From the human T2T-CHM13v2.0 reference genome, Homo sapiens, in assembly GCF_009914755.1 (NCBI RefSeq), contig NC_060932.1: a stretch of 64,000 nt of DNA, one strand, 5' to 3'. Under the pieces are notes generated by a model that ran no database searches, was not told the origin of the DNA, and was given only the letters and a program-made list of their open reading frames with translations. The first letter of the stretch is position 1, and each line of letters opens with the position of its first letter. This document shows, piece after piece, positions 39,801 through 54,471 of this stretch. Made by a program: the position numbers and the translations under genes.

Positions 39801-40849
39801 AGAAGAATAATAAGACTTAAAACGAAAAACAAACTGGCAGCTGGAAAGTCCCGCTAAGACCAATCTCCTTGGGGGCAGACATCTTCCTTCTGTCTCCCGG
39901 ATCTCTCCATCATACTTCCATACATACATCTGTAGTTCCTGGAGCCTGATCTCAAAACTTTCCCATAGTCTCTGGCCTCTTGGGTTTCCCCAATGAGAAG
40001 CTCCACACAAGACTGGTAGGAAGGACACAGTGACATCAGTAGTGTCTTTGCCCCCTCCCTCAAAGGTCATCTTGAGCAGCCTGTATTCCTCGACTGAAGG
40101 TGGCTGCCATGCCAAGGTAGTTCTATTAGTTTGCCTGTCCTCTAATGCTCCAGTTTTAGTAACAGCTCATGTTCCTTAATTCTCTGGCCTGATACTTATT
40201 TGTTCTCAAGCAATTCCTAGATGGCCACCTATCTGGGAACTTATTAGAAATGTGAACTTTTATATACAGAACCCAGCCTACCAGAGCAGAAGCCCCAGGG
40301 GTGGATCTAGCAATCTGTTTTAGCAAACACTCTAGGGAGGTCCCCATGCCACTAAAGTAGATCGCCCCTGGTCTGGGTGACAAAGCCCCTGGGTTGCATT
40401 CCCCTGTGGTTCCAAGGTTCTCCCTTCATTCTGCATCTTCCCTCCTTGAGTCATTGAGTTCAGGGTGCCATCAGTTTCCTGTCTGATCGCCTCTGCCTCA
40501 ATAATGCCATGAAGCTTTAGTTTATATTGAGTTCTATTGTGGCTATTGATCATTTTTTCATGCTGTGGGTGGCAGGGAAGGACAAACTTTAAGCTTTGGA
40601 GATAAATTTTGAAGGCATTATTTCCAGAAGGGGTATCCTATTCCTGCATGCCCCACAAGGCAATTTAGCCCAAGTTACAGTATTAGTGAGGAGATAATGG
40701 TGTCAGAAGACAGCCTCATTGCCACGAAGGCCCTGGTTAGAATTAGAGTCAAGATCTTCTGTTTAGAGCTGGGTAGCTTCATACTGTAAAGTTGCAAAAA
40801 TTCCAAACTATAGTCTAGAGAAGCTGGCTTCCAGCTCCATTACTTTGAG

Positions 40850-42560
40850 ATCATTTAGAATGAAGAGCCTATGAGTTCCCAACTTGGAATTCCCAGTAAA
40901 ATTTCAATCTGGATACTTGAGCCCAAGACTCACTGCATACAGATACTTGGGAGCCTGTGACATTTGGCACCTTCTATTGATACATTATTGCAGTTACAAA
41001 AGTTACCTTTGGCCTCAAGGTTGAAGCTATAAACCCACCCATCTTGGTTACCTTGGCCTCAACTTGGTGAGAAGGGAAAAACTCTGAGTCACCTTGCATC
41101 AGAAAATGCAAGAAGTTTGGCTTGGTCATTCCCTAAACTTGTGGGGTCAGAGTTACTGGCTTTCTAGAAAATTTTTCTTAAAGATAAACTTAAAACTGTC
41201 CTTCAGGCTACCCCTCCCACCATGGAGCCATGGATGAGTTGAGGCAGATAATCTCAGTGCTGGGAGCAGGTGTCATGGACATATGAACTTCCTGCTATTG
41301 AAATCTCCTTGAGCCTTCCAGAATTGAGCCAGCAGTCTTTTAAATAATATTTCCACATTATACTGGCATTCTGTACAGTACAATTTTGATCCAGTAGACT
41401 GTACCCAGCTCATGGCACAAAGTTCAGCCAATGGGAATTCTCAGGTATTTAGTGGACCATCTTCTAGGTACTTGGTGCTACCAGGACCCAGGAACAAGCC
41501 AGAGTTGGTTTTCAAATGTAGAATAATTGCTAGCAGAAGTAGGTATAGCTCTTTTCCTAGAATCTGACATTCAATTTGGGCTTTCCAGTGGTGTCAGGTA
41601 GCAAGTCTGCCATAGGAACTCATACTACTATATCTATTGAGACAAAGGCCATAGGCATGGCCCTTGTCTTAGTCTGGACATGAAGCAATGCCTTCTCTTG
41701 CTGTGTCCAACTCAACAGAAGCTTTAAGAATGACCTGGTTAGTGCATCTGAGCACCAGCCCCAAATTGTGCTATAGGTCCTCCAAATTTCAAGAGGCCTA
41801 TCAAGCATTGTCTCTAAAGTTAGTTACTGCAGATGAAGCAACTTGTGCCTCTTTTGAGGCTATCCTGATGAGTCCCAAGTTAATATAGCAGTGACTCAGG
41901 GGCATGCGTCTCCCTGGAAAATCTTCATTGCGTGTGTTTGAAACATTGCCAGCTTTTTGGCCTTTCTGACCCGTAGAATCGGGATGTTCTCCTGGCTTCT
42001 CAACATGGACAAAGCAGAACTCTGACCAGAGAAGACAACCTATGCCCAGCAGTAGTGTGTTTCTGACCTGCTCAGCTTGTATGTTGACAGAGCTGTTCTC
42101 GCTACCCAGGGAAATCGGTCCCATGAGCAGGAGCCACTTGGAACAAGCATGTGCCTGGAGATGTGTGATCAGGTTGCCATGTGGCCTCCTCAGAGCATCT
42201 GAGGAGGTGGCTGTTCTTCCTGGCACTGCTCCATGGTCCCCTGAGAGTAGAGGAGGGACTATAGGGTACTAGGAAGGAGTCCATCTACTTGGGGCTTTGG
42301 CCAAAACTGACATGGAATGCCAGAGCTCTGTGCAGATGTTATACCCAATAAGATCTTTCTCCCTGATCCTGACCAGACTTTTCTCGAGATGATTTCACAG
42401 TGTCCTGAAGGAAGTTCTCTCTAGCTCACCTGCTTCGTAAATATTTTAGAAGACCTGAGTTTAAGACCAGAATCTAGACATTCAAGGCTGACCCAGACTC
42501 TGACCTCTTAGTGAAGTAGCACGTTGATCATTTCAAGGTGAGCTCTGGTTCTACAGACCC
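40850..42560 (-). mobile_element. ERV-L protease-RT-RNase H remnant, unit 3 (best preserved copy)
   Basis: Colinear motifs FWPKPQVDG (cf. IWPVQKTDG), GAVPG, HTSPGTC, HKLLHL (DKLLHL), QCLIGLL (QRLVGLF), LGLVLR..NQVILKA (LGVLLRPIYRVTRKA), WTQQEKAL, AIPTSASNYSTFENQ/LACSWVLV (ALPSSADNYSPFERQLLACYWALV), MWKYYLKD. Confidence 0.88.
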
Positions 42561-43049
42561 ACTTAATTGTTTAAACTCTATGTTCAGACTTTATCATTTC
42601 TATTGCCCTGACTTCAAGTTCGTGACACTTGTTACTTGTATTCTGCTACTGAGTCCATCCAGTGAGTTTTTACCTTTGTTATATGTTTCAGTTCTAAAAC
42701 TTTCACTTGTTTTCTTTGAGACTTTCTATTTTACTTGTTTCAAGAGTGTTAAACTGCTCATTGGAGTCTCTTAAACATTTTTCTATCTTTTTTAGTGTTC
42801 ATATCTGATTGTCCTTGTCTTTGTTTTGGCTTAAAATAACACATTTATCTCAGTTTCCATGGGTCAGGATCCTGTCTTATTCAAGCTGAAATGTTTCTAG
42901 CTCTTGATAATGACATGGAAAAGTTGAGATAGGGTGATCCCCAACATATATTTAGGGGAGCCAATTGCTGAGGACAAAACCAGTCTGAAGGAAGAACTCT
43001 AGAACCTTAGGTTGTTGGTCACTAATTCACTCCTCAGGCTTGCATGAGG

Positions 43050-45200
43050 ACTTGAAGCTCATGAGAATGTGGGTATTCGCTATCCAAGATGAGCAGGCCA
43101 CATGGCATTACACAGGAGCTGGGATGGGTTTTGCTTTCTTTGGAGCAGCAGTAAGTTACTAAGGTTCATAAAACTCTCTATAATCTCTACTTATGTTCCA
43201 GCTAAATAAAGTGGCTAGTGGATAAGCCCACTTATAGAGGACTTAAAAACTGATTTTGTTGGCTATACGTTTTTATTTATCTGAGAATAAGAACAACCCC
43301 AGTAAGGTGATAAAACTAGGAATGTCCCCACTCTCCTGCTAGAGGATTAAGCTAAGAGTAACATCCAAAGTAACATGAAGCACCTAGACCTATATTTCTC
43401 CCATCCTGTGTACCATGCTCCCAGCCAACAAGGTGTCCATATTTTAGCCTCTTGGAATATCATGTCCACCTATAGAGGTTCTGATAAACAGGTTCTTATT
43501 GAAGTGCCATTAGGAGCCATGGTTTGAGGTGCATGACTAGCTCTACAGGTCTATTGTCCTCGTGGAGATGTTCTGTTCCCTGAAAGTTTTGACCTTGTTG
43601 TAGTTCATGACTGTAACAAAGTTACGTGCTCAGATGCAGCTCCCTATTCTCTTCATAAATTGACTATCCTAAGGATGTATGCTGCCTCTACTGTTATCTG
43701 GAGAGCTAGATGGAAGGACTTTTTTTGTGAAAAAGCAAAAGAAGTCTCAAAATGAGCTACCCTGGATATCTGTTAATAAGCTTTTATTTTAAATCATTAC
43801 TTTGGAAATTCTCTAAGAATTGTGAATACTCACATGTAGGCTTGTTGATGGTGTAGAAAGCTCTTCCTAACCCTGCTGCCAAGTTATTTATACATAGAGC
43901 CCCCCTACATTGCCATAACTAATGTGGGAAGATTGTCTAGAGCAAGGCAAACTATTTCATGGCTTGAAAAAAATCAAAAGGCTTTTAAATGGAATTAGAT
44001 TGTGTGCTAAATTGAAGTAGTGCTTATTAGTAACTAAAATAGCAAGAATATGAAACTTACAATCTATACAAACTGCATTTTCTGCAAGGATAATAATTGG
44101 CTTTAACAAACATGTTTTCTGAGTTGAGAAGTTTGGTTCTTAAAAGCAGTTCTTTTCTGTTGCCCATAATAGTAGGAATATGGAGGCATTAAATAACCTA
44201 TACTTTTTTTCTTCTCCTTGTTATGCAAGCTTTCAAAGTAATAGAACTGGGAGAAAAAAGGATGTCCAGAGATGCAATTTTCTTCATGGTACACCTTCTT
44301 GTAAGAGGCTGAGAGTTAAATTTAATAACTCAACCAAGAAGAGAGCCTTTTCTTGAACTCCTCTTCTTTCCAATGTTTCCAAAGTGTTTCTCCCATTGAG
44401 ATGGTTAAATTTCCAGGTATCAGTACCCACTAGGACATCCGTTGCCTGCCCAGTGTGAGAACTGCCACAAGACTCTCTCATTAGCTGCACTTCTTGCCCC
44501 TATGCCAGCCACATGCCTTGGACACATGAAACATAGATTTGGCCAAATAGGGTGCTGATCACTTTTCTCAGTGGAAAACAGACATTTTCTAATCAATGAC
44601 TCACAGTGGCCATGTATCCTGAGATCAGTGTGTTTCAGGATGATTCCAATCATAGCGCAATAGTACCACTGAGCCTGGGATAAAGGAAGCTTGGTATTTG
44701 GGAGCTCAGTTCCCTCAACAATGAGTTTCCATTTGCATCAACTGGGGTGAAGCTAGTATAGAATACATTGTGGAGTCTGGGCGTATCCTCAAGTGCCCTT
44801 GAGGAGGCTGAGGCACTATTGAACAATGAGCAGAATGGGTCATCCTTACCCCCTCTAACAACCCCTATGTTGGTCATAGCTGATTCTCTCCTCTGCTTAG
44901 GGGTCTCGGCCAATATCATCTTTGGTATAATGAAGGAACTGGTGACCCACAGTTCACATCAAGAAGGTACTAAATAAGGGGTAAAGGCATCTGCCTTGTA
45001 TTTTGGTATATTGAAAAAGGGCTGTCCTTGCTGGAGTGAAAAGGATAGACATGTGTTTTTTTTGTTTGTTTGTTTTCTGAAAACATATGTCCTGTTGAAA
45101 GTTTATAAATTGTCAACCCAAGTGATAGTTTATTTGTCTGTAAGTAGCTTAGCCAGTCTTAATCTTGAGAGTCTAGTCAACTCTTTTGGATTCTAAAAAT
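43050..45200 (-). mobile_element. Independent decayed ERV-L pol (RT to integrase) remnant
   Basis: PFFNIP at ~45010 (cf. AFFSIP), AQW at ~44668 (VQW), STEKSDQH (TTKKEAQR), VQEKALFLV at ~44350 (EQEKALQQV), AFKNQ (PFERQ), IPRG at ~43450 (TIPRG), in the correct order. Confidence 0.65.
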
Positions 45201-45649
45201 CTTAGTTGAAGTAGACACTGAGAATTGCGTCCTACACTGTGCTGAGCAATAGATGATGTAGGTAGCCTACCAAGACCCCCATCCTGCCACCTTCATCTCG
45301 GTGCACACCTTTGAATTGGCTTATACAGACCTATGACCTGAGAAACAGAGCATGAAGTATATGTCCTGGGGTGTCTATCTTCCTTTCCTCAATGCAGAGG
45401 TTACAAACTTGAATGCCTCTGAAGCCAGGCATGGGGTTTAGATAAGGGCAGAGCACCTGGGCAGCCTGTGGTGAACTAAGCAGGTCAGGACCTAGTGAAA
45501 AAAATTGCTTCTCAATTCAGTTACTTTTACCGTATGTGAATTCAGGCCCAGCGTTGTTGGATCATTCCCTTAAAAAAACTAGGAATCTGGATTTTTATAT
45601 GAAATCTCTAGGTTTATAAACCCACAAAGCAAAAGCTGTAGAAGGAAGC

Positions 45650-46140
45650 TTTTTATACAGTGAATATATTATATAATTCTATTAACATGAAGTTCTACAA
45701 CATGTAAAGCTAATCTATAGTAGGGAACAGGGTGGGGAGGTGGGAAGTCCAAACTAATGGTTGCCTTTAAGGAGATGTAAAGGGGGGGTGATTGGAAAAG
45801 GTCTTCAGGGAAGCTTCTGGAATAGAAGTAATCTTGTGGGGATTGGGTTACTGGTACTTGCATTTACCAAGACCCATTGAATGGCACACTGCAGATCTGT
45901 ACATTTCATGTGACTTCTTAAAAGTAATAAATATTGAACTTGAGCTCAATTATTGAATAACAGGTATTTAGGGGCAAGAGCCAATGCCGATAACTCATTT
46001 CAAAATTTATCAAAAATGAAATTTTTGGATACATACACAATAAAGCAAATGTTGCTTAGAAAATGTAAACTGTGGCAATTAAATGGTAGATAACTATAAA
46101 GTTATTTCAGCTTTTCTGTTTTCTCCTTAATGTTAGAGGA
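45650..46140 (+). mobile_element. Old L1 (L1MC/ME-like) 3' fragment
   Basis: AAAGCTAATCTATAG...ATGGTTGCCTTT...AGGGAAGCTTCTGG...CATTGAATGGCACACT pattern. Confidence 0.6.
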
Positions 46141-47214
46141 AACAAATTGCAACCAAAGAAAAGTACCTGGAAGTCAAAGCTAACAGCTTAACACTTCAGC
46201 ATTTATTCACTTGTAGAGAAAAGCATGATGTTGCAAGGAATTCTATAGTTCCTCTCTTCGAGCTGATTGTATTAAGCCATAAATCACTACTGCATTGCTG
46301 AAATAAGGAGTTGCAGTTTGTGTGGAGAGATTATAATCATCATCAATCACCATAGACATTATGGGTAACAGTAAAATGAAAATAGAAGCCATTTAATTAG
46401 TAAGTACTCTACCAAACATTGTCTTCTAATTCTCACAACAGACCTCCTAGGTGGCTACTCTCAAACTCCATTTATGTGGAAACTTCAGTAATTTAAGTCT
46501 TAATTTAAGTAAACTAAGAAACATGCATCAAGCTAAAAATCAGTCTGTAGGATTCATTTACTAGGGCAGTCTGGAGCCAGGTATAATCTTGCCTTGGTAT
46601 GAGATTAAGTTCATCAAGTACTTTTTGCTCAGAAAACTCTTCATAACTTACAATATTATTCTGTGAACTCAATTTCAAAGTATTGTGGTGGGTTGTCATA
46701 AAATAGAAATGTTAATTTATAGGTACCTTATAGCTGGAATATGGGAAATTCCTGTAGCTTTACATTAGTGTAGCATCACTTTTGTGTAAATAATTTAGCA
46801 AATATAACCATGCTAACTTGTAGTGACAGGAAAACCTTGGCTCAAAGCAAATAGAGCTGCATACATTCCAGTGGAAATCGGTACATATCATGACAAAGGA
46901 AATTCTAAGTTGCCAAGAAAACGGAGCAACGCAGTGGCCTGGAGGTGGAAGCCAGGGGCCAGCAGGTATGGCCAGGACTGTGCCAAGCCCCAGGGCAGTG
47001 GGACCCAGACCCAGGGCAGGGGCTTGGCTTGCCTAAGGGCCTCTCTCTGCTGCTGTGGCTGCTGCTACCAGACACTGCTACCTAAGCTTCTAGATCTTAA
47101 CAGGGCCTCTGTGCCTGTGGACTTTTTCCCTCTACTGTTCTTGATAGTGTTGGAAGCTAGTCCACATGCAACAGTGAGTTGTGTGAGAGGGGCAGTTGAA
47201 CCTCTGGGCACCTG

Positions 47215-47500
47215 CTTTTTCATCGTATATTTATGGGGAACGATGTGATGTTTTGATCTACATATACATTGCAGAAAGTTTCAAGCTAACCAATGTCACT
47301 TCACTAACTCATTTTTGCAACAAAAATGTTAAATCTATGAAAAATCTTGAAATATACAGTATGGTAACTGTTCATCTATGTAGTACAGTAGACTAAGAGT
47401 TGTCCCTCCCACCTAACAGAAAATTTGTTCTTCTTGATTAACATCTTTTCCTCCCGTCCCTGTCCCCTTCCCCCAGGATCTGGGGAACTGTACCCCAACC
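47215..47500 (-). mobile_element. L1MA-like 3' end fragment
   Basis: GTATATTTATGGGG...GTGATGTTTTGAT...TTGAAATATACAGTA...GTACAGTAGA. Confidence 0.65.
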
Positions 47501-47584
47501 ACTGGCAGGGAGAGACATCCATGGGGCCTCCAGAGGGCCTGAGAGCCACAGAGCAAGTGGAGGAGGAGGCAGGTCCAAGACAGC

Positions 47585-47652
47585 TCATCTCCAAGTTCAT
47601 GTTCAGTCCTCATTAAATTCATCTCCAAGTTCATGTTCAGTCCTAATTAAAT
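47585..47652. repeat. 34-bp tandem duplication (2 copies, 1 mismatch)
   Basis: TCATCTCCAAGTTCATGTTCAGTCCT(C/A)ATTAAAT x2. Confidence 0.95.
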
Positions 47653-50200
47653 GGTCCTGGTGGGGCTTCTGAAATGCCCACTGCACAATTCCATATTCCT
47701 GGTAAGGGCTGGGGCTGGGAAACACAAAACGAAGGGCCTCTGGTTCTGTAGCATGTACTAGGGCTGAGTGGTTGGATGTTAACCCAAGAACAGGAAATGG
47801 CCTTCTAGGCAGAGCCATAGGCTCTGCCCCCACCACCCCCACAGCCAAGATTAGACTGAGCCCAAAGCTCAGTTGCAGGAAGAGGAGATGAACCTGTATC
47901 AGCCCCTGGGCCAGGTGGGAAGGAGGAACATTGGGAAGGGCCAACCTGGCTTGGGGGTTCCACGGCCTGAGGTTCCTGGACCCTCCCCTCTGCCCACACT
48001 CCATGTCAGCTGACCAAGTCTCCCTGTGGCTACAAAGGCCAAAGTCCCTCCTCAGGCCAGAAGAACCCTGAAGCTCCCCACTGGCTACATCTAGTGCTCC
48101 TCCCAAGAGATGGCCTCTTCCCTGGTAGAGCAGACCTATGGGTCTTTAGTTCTCACTCTGGGAATCATTTGGCCTTAATATGCAAGAGGCCAGTGTCTCC
48201 TGGAAGATTTGCCATGGGCCTTCCTGGAACACAACACTCCTACCTGCCTTGGCTGTGAATCGAGACAGAGAAGTCTCCTCTGGCTTCACAACAGAAGCCA
48301 GGGAGCGCTCATCACACAGCCTGCACTGCTGATGCAGTGGTCAAGTTCCCACCACGTGGGCCCAGAAGCAGGTGAGACAAGGGAACCAGAGTTGATCACA
48401 GCAAAAATTGGCCAGTGTATGCCCACAGGTGCCAGGGCAGTACTCAAAGATGCTTGATCAGCGGGGCTGGAATTAGATGAGCTTGTCAACTTGACACTTT
48501 CTTGAGATACAGAATCTAACACTCTGGCAAGGACACCATAGGATGGTGTGAACTCGCTGCCAGGTGTCAACTAGAAGCCTGGGGAAGCCCATTGTGAGCA
48601 AAGTTGAAGTGCCAGAGTCCCTGTGGCAGACAGCAGAGGAAAAGATGGTGCTCAGGATAGTGGGCATGCCAGGGTGGTGTACAATGTGAGTTCAGAAGAC
48701 AAGTAGGAGATTATGCAATGGCCCAGACGACATGTGCTTCACGAAGACCACCAGCAATGCACCAGTGAGGGGCACAGCATCACTGAGAAGTGCAGTGGCA
48801 TCTCCTGTGTAGACCAAGGCTGGTGGTAGGAGAGGAGTCCATGGAATTTGTCCCGCTGTTAGCAATGGGGACTCTTCCATACGCTACTCCCATCTAAGCA
48901 ACAGAAGTCAGGCAGCCACAGCTAGACATCTCATGACTAGCAAGGTGACTGCTGTAGCCAAGGGGCCATGACGTGGGGAAAACAAAGACAATCATTAGAA
49001 AATGTCATACTAAGAAGTAGTACTTGGCTGACCTGTTTTGCCCCAAGGATGTAATCAAAAGAAAGCAAGAAGGAAGAACAGGAAGTTGAGAGGAGTACTA
49101 AAATAGTCCTGATTCCTTACCCAATTCCTGGACCTATGACAACTCTTAAGACCCAGAACCCATCAACTGACGAGGTAACAGATTTCCAAAGAATCAGCAA
49201 GACCAAAATTATATTGATTTTACTAGTTGTTTTCCAAAGAAACATGACCATTTTATGGGGCTGTACCCTGAGGAAAGAGAAAACCCAGCCATTTCAAGGA
49301 TTACTTAAACATGAGAGATGTGGTGTTACCCAAAACTGCTACCATCATCATGACACTTGGTTAGATGGAAGCATTTGTGACCAGTTCCCAAGTGGCCACT
49401 TGGATAAGGTCCAGCTTCCACTGGGTCTAGTGCATCTTCAGACACAACTTGTGGTTCCTTCCCTAGTCCCTGTAAAATATGACTGAGGATGATATCCTTG
49501 AGTCGGAGAGACCTTCACATTTGGGTCCTTGGCCTGTAGAGTAAGAGCTGTCATTGTAGTCAAGGTCAAGTGGAAGCTGCTTAAACTGCCCCCTTTTTCA
49601 ACAGGATAACAAATCAAAAACAGATTGTATGCTGGGGCGAGGGGCACAGTGACAGCAAAGATTTACCCCACTCTTGAGGGTGATAAAGGATGTGTGGGTG
49701 TGGCTATCCTTCCCACATCTCCATTTTTGCTACCTGTCTTTCCTCCACAGAAACTGGAAAGAGCCTGCAAAAGGACTGTGGGCCACCATGAGCTCAAGAA
49801 AGTAGAAATGATCCTAGCTGCTGTGCCAGACATAGCATTGTTGCTAGCACAGATTGGTGCTGTGCAGTATCGGGTACATGCTATGCACATGCTGACTTGC
49901 CAAATGCACTACTTGAAGTCTCAGTACGGGGGTAAACAGAATTGCTTGCATTCACATAGAACATTCAACAATATGCGTTGTTTTGTTCCAAGACTGTATA
50001 AGTGTCCCTGCTCTATCATAGTTCAAGAAGACTGAATTGTCTGAGAATCCTGTAGAATGTCACAGTAGTCCATTACTTTAACAATATGCTGATTGTGAAA
50101 GATGAGCAAGAGGGGGGTCAGCATGGGGGAGGCCTTGGCATAAAAAACCTGGACCTCAGAGGGTAGGGTGGGGGAGAAATTCTACAAGAATTCTAGGAAC

Positions 50201-50558
50201 TGTAGCAGGACAAGCTACAGACAAAACTCCTCAGACACCGGATTAAAGAAGGAAGAGGGTTTTTTTAATTCAGTCGGGAGTGTCAGCAGACTAGCGTCTT
50301 AAGAGCTGAGCTCCCCAAAGACAGAGTTCCTGGCCCTTTTTAAGGGCTTACAACTCTAAGAAGTTCCATGTGAAAGGGTCATGATGGATTGAGATCACAT
50401 GTGGTTAGAGTTTGGGGGGGGCTTTAACCTTTTAACCTCAAGGTGGGTCATCAGTGGCACCGGCTGGTCTTGCCACTGACTTCATTCCTGTTTTTCAAAT
50501 TTTACTTCTTCCTCCTCTTCAGAGACAGACGGTAAGAGAAATGGCTTCTCGCCTCCTT
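50201..50558 (-). mobile_element. LTR2-family 3' LTR of the HERV-E
   Basis: On the minus strand it ends ...GGTGTCTGAGGAGTTTTGTCTGTAGCTTGTCCTGCTACA and is preceded by a polypurine tract (plus strand CCCCCCTTT, ~50559-50567). Confidence 0.88.
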
Positions 50559-53500
50559 CCCCCCTTTGAGAACCTCACTCACTATTGGGAGTTCTCACTC
50601 TCATCTACATTACCCAGGTCTTCCTGCCAGTCCAGTTCCATTGACTCCTAGAGTTACATACTCTCCTGTTTTCCAATGGGGATTGGTCACTTCCTGGGAT
50701 GCATACCTTGTGCTGGGTGGCATTATACACACAAGTCCCTTTTAAACAAAAAGACTGTTTTAACTTTTTGCCCTACCTCAGTCTGAGGAATGTCAGTTGA
50801 AGTCCTTATTGTACAAGTCCAAAATTTAAGAAAAGTGAGTTCCACGATGAGTTTCCTCGTGCTTCGGCCATGCATGGACCAGTCAGCTTCTGGGTGTGAC
50901 TGGAGCAGAGCTTGTTGTCGTCTTCAGGGTCACTCTGCAAGGGCTGTCCGGGCTTGGTCTTGCCTCCCAGGTTTCAGGCACTGTGGGTTTTACACGGCTG
51001 TGGTGGATCCAGGCTGGGATTCCCTCTACCTTCACAGCGGTAGGAGTGGTCAGGATGACAATCTGGGGTCCTTTCCACTGTGGTCACAAAAAAGCTACGT
51101 TCCAGTCCTTGATCCACACTCAATCACCTAGGGAGAAATGGTGAACTGGGGAGAATAACAGGGCATCTCTTTTACCCAGGCTGAGATTGTTTGTGTAATT
51201 TTTCCTAAAGCCTGTTGCTGTCACTGTAACTCAATTTCACCTAACTCTGAGTGCCTGGAAGTCCCCACAATATGGGAGGGGGCCTATGATATAATATTTC
51301 ATAAGGGGAATATCCTGTTTTTTTAGAAGGGGCACATCTAATTTTAAATAATACTATAGGGAGAACCTGTATCCATTTTATTCCTGTTTCCTGACATATG
51401 TTCCCTAAACTATTTTTGATAGGCCGATTCATCTGCTCCATCTTTCCGGAACACTGAGGCTGGTAGGCGGCATGCAGTTTCCACGTGATCCCCAATACCT
51501 TTGCCATCTTCTGTACCAAGTCAGCCACAAATGCCGGCCTGTTATCTGAGCCCCAATCCGTAAGGGCAGTCCAAATCTAGGAATAAGATCTCAAAGAAGC
51601 ACACGGGTTATTTCATGAGCTTGCTCAGTTCGTGTTGGATAAGCCTCCACCCACCCGGAGTAGGTACACACGAGAACTAGTAAATACTTGTTACCTCCAC
51701 ACTTCAGCATCTCTGTGAGGTCTACCTGGAGATCTTAAAAGGGGGCTGCTCCATAAGCTTGTATGCCAGGCGGAATGGCTGGACCTTGCCTTTCATTATG
51801 CTGTCGGCAGGTAACACACCACTGTGTCACCGTTTTGGCAAGGGCGGGCAAATGCGAGATGTAGAAACATGGGCCTAACAACTTTTCAAGTGACTCCTGA
51901 CCTAGATGGGTGGTTTCATGCACAGCCAGTACAACTGCAGCTCCCAGCAGCTGTGGTACAGCTACTCTCCCATCTGGTAACTGAATCCATCCTTTCCTCC
52001 ATCACTTGTCCTCCCCCTACCTGGAGAAAGTCCTTTTCTTTAGAATAAATAGGTACAAGATCAGGAGCCTGAGGGAGCAGAGGGGCTGTGACTGATGCCT
52101 GGAAGGGGGCAGATGCTGCTTCTTGAGCCTCTGAGTCAGCGTGGGAATTCCCCAAACCCACCAAGGTGGAAGCTCACTGGTGTCCTCTGCAATGCATAAC
52201 TGCCACCTTGTGGGGCTTCCATACCACTTCTAATAATTGCAAGATTTCTTGTTGAAATTTTATGTCTTTTCCCCCAGAGTTCAATCGGCCCTTTTCTTTA
52301 TATGATGCTCCATGCACTTGAAGGAAGGCATACTGAGAATCAGTGTAAGTGTTTACAGTCTTACCTTCACTGAGTTCTAAGGCTGGAATTAAAGCAATGA
52401 GTTCAGATTTCTGGGCTGAAGTGCCCTGGGGCAACGATCTGGCTTCGACAACAGTGTCCAGGGTTGTAACTGCATACCCTGCACATCTCTCTCCTTGTGG
52501 GTTGATGAAGCTGTTCCTGCCCACGTATAGTTCCCAGTCTACTGATGCCCAAGTCTGGTCCCAGAAGTCAGGTCTGCTAGAGTAAACTGAGTCTAACACT
52601 TCTACACAATCATGCTTGACAGGGCTCTCTGATACAGGGAGCAAGGTGGCAGGGTTCAGGGTACAAACTTGTACAAACTTCAATGGTTATACAGGGATTT
52701 TCAGAGCAAACTTTGGTACTTGGTGAGTCTAGCATTCACTAGCCAATGATGTCCTTTAGTATTCATTAAAATCACCACAGCATGGGGGGCCTTTATGCTC
52801 AGGTTTTGCCCAAGAGTCAGCTTATTTGCTTCTTGTACTAGCAGAACAGTTGCTGCCAAGGCCCTCAAACATGGGGGGCCACCCTTTAGAAACCCTGTTT
52901 AGTTGTTTAGAGAGGTAGGCCACCAGCCTCGGCCAGGGCCCCATAGTTTGCGTTAAAACTCCAACTGCCATCTTTTCTCTCTGACACATACAACGTAAAA
53001 GGCTTTGTCAGATCGGGTAGCCCCAGGGCTGGGGCTGACATAAGTTTTTCCTTAAACTCATGAAAGGCTTGCTGTTGTTGAGATCCCCATTCAAAAGTTT
53101 CCCCGTCCCCCCACCACCTTTGTGACCTCATACAAAGGCTTGGCTAATAACACAAAGTTTGGGATCCACGGTCTACAAAACCCCACAGCTCCTAAGAATT
53201 CTCTCACTTGCCTTCTGCTCTTAGGCTCTGGTAGATTGCAAATAACCTGCTTTCTTTCTGATCCCAGGCTGCACTCCCCATCAGATAGTAAATCCCAAGT
53301 AACATACCTGCTGTCAGCAGATCTGAGCTTTTTTTCTTAGACACCTTATACCCACAATCCTCCAGGTGCCAGAGTAGGGCATCTGTTCCCTTGGCACACC
53401 TGGCTGCCGTGGGGTGTCCCAGGAAGAGGTCATCAACATACTGGAGCAATATGCAGCCTAGGTCTCTGGTGGGAAACTTCTGGAGGTCTCCAGCCAATGC

Positions 53501-54439
53501 CTCCCCAAATATGGTGGGGGAGTTCTTGAACCCTTGGGGAAGCGTCTTTTAGGTCCAAGCAGGTGAACCAGCTGTGCTCAGCTGGCAGCAACCCCAACAA
53601 TGTGTACGGGTTAGGTACTGTTGGACGTAAAGTCACTGTAGCTTGATTAACCAAGTGCAAATCCTGTACCAGCCTGTAGTCCTTGGTTCCTGGCTTGGGA
53701 ACAGGCAGGAGGGGAGTGTTCCATGGAGACTGACAAGGAACTATAATTCCAAAAGTTCTTAGGTGTTTGAGATGGATCTGGATACCTTTTAAGAGCTTCT
53801 CTGGGGACTGGATACTGTTTTTGCCTAATGGGCTGGGCCCCAGACTTAACTTCTATAAGTACAGGGGCTTGGTTGACTGCCAACACTGGAGGTTGTCTTC
53901 CACTCATACTCTTGGCCTCTGCCTAGCCAGAGCTGGTCTTATGTCTTGGCCTGGCTCAGTTAAGAAAAGTTTCCATTCCTCCTCTTGGGGGACCGTAAGG
54001 GTCATGATGACTCCAGTTCCAGGTAACTTTAGCAGCAAAGAACCATGCTCTGTAAAAGAAATAGTGGCTCTCAGCTTGCTAAGCAAGTCCCTTCCCAACA
54101 AGGGCAAGGGACAGTCAGACATGTACAAAAACTGATGAATCACTTTATGTCCTCCTACAGTATAAGTCCAGGGCAAGCAGAAAGCTTGCTTTGCTGAAAC
54201 CCCCATGGCTCCAATTATGTCAATAGTCTTTTTGGATAAGGGGGTGACCGGGGCAGTTACTACCAAATGTTCAGCACTGGTATCTAAAAGAAAATCAATG
54301 TCTTTAACCCTGACTGTCATTCTGACCATAGGCTCTTCAGAGGCACTTGAGCCTGGTCCCCCTAAGTCCAATAACCCTTCTGCCAGGTTGAGCAGGGCCC
54401 CTTCCTCCTTGTCTGGGGCCTCCTGCTCTGAGTCACCTT

Positions 54440-54471
<32 letters not shown>

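Larger units (their letters stand above)
29520..42920. repeat. Ancient tandem segmental repeat, unit 3 (~13.4 kb)
   Basis: Colinear with unit 1 over its length, e.g. ATGCCAGAATCAA(A/G)TATAACAAGACTCA at ~11677 and ~37318, and TCTTATTCAA(A/G)CTGAAATGTTT at ~17533 and ~42875. Confidence 0.92.

Noticed and set aside
44100-45200. Possible endogenous bornavirus-like element (short by-eye resemblances to N, G and L)
   Set aside because: The matches needed large gaps and hit several unrelated viral proteins. The same strand gives ordered ERV-L RT motifs (PFFNIP, QEKAL, FKNQ), a simpler explanation.
51241-54371. Functional HERV-E Pol
   Set aside because: It is split into many short ORFs, the protease motif is DTS rather than DTG, and there is no 5' LTR.
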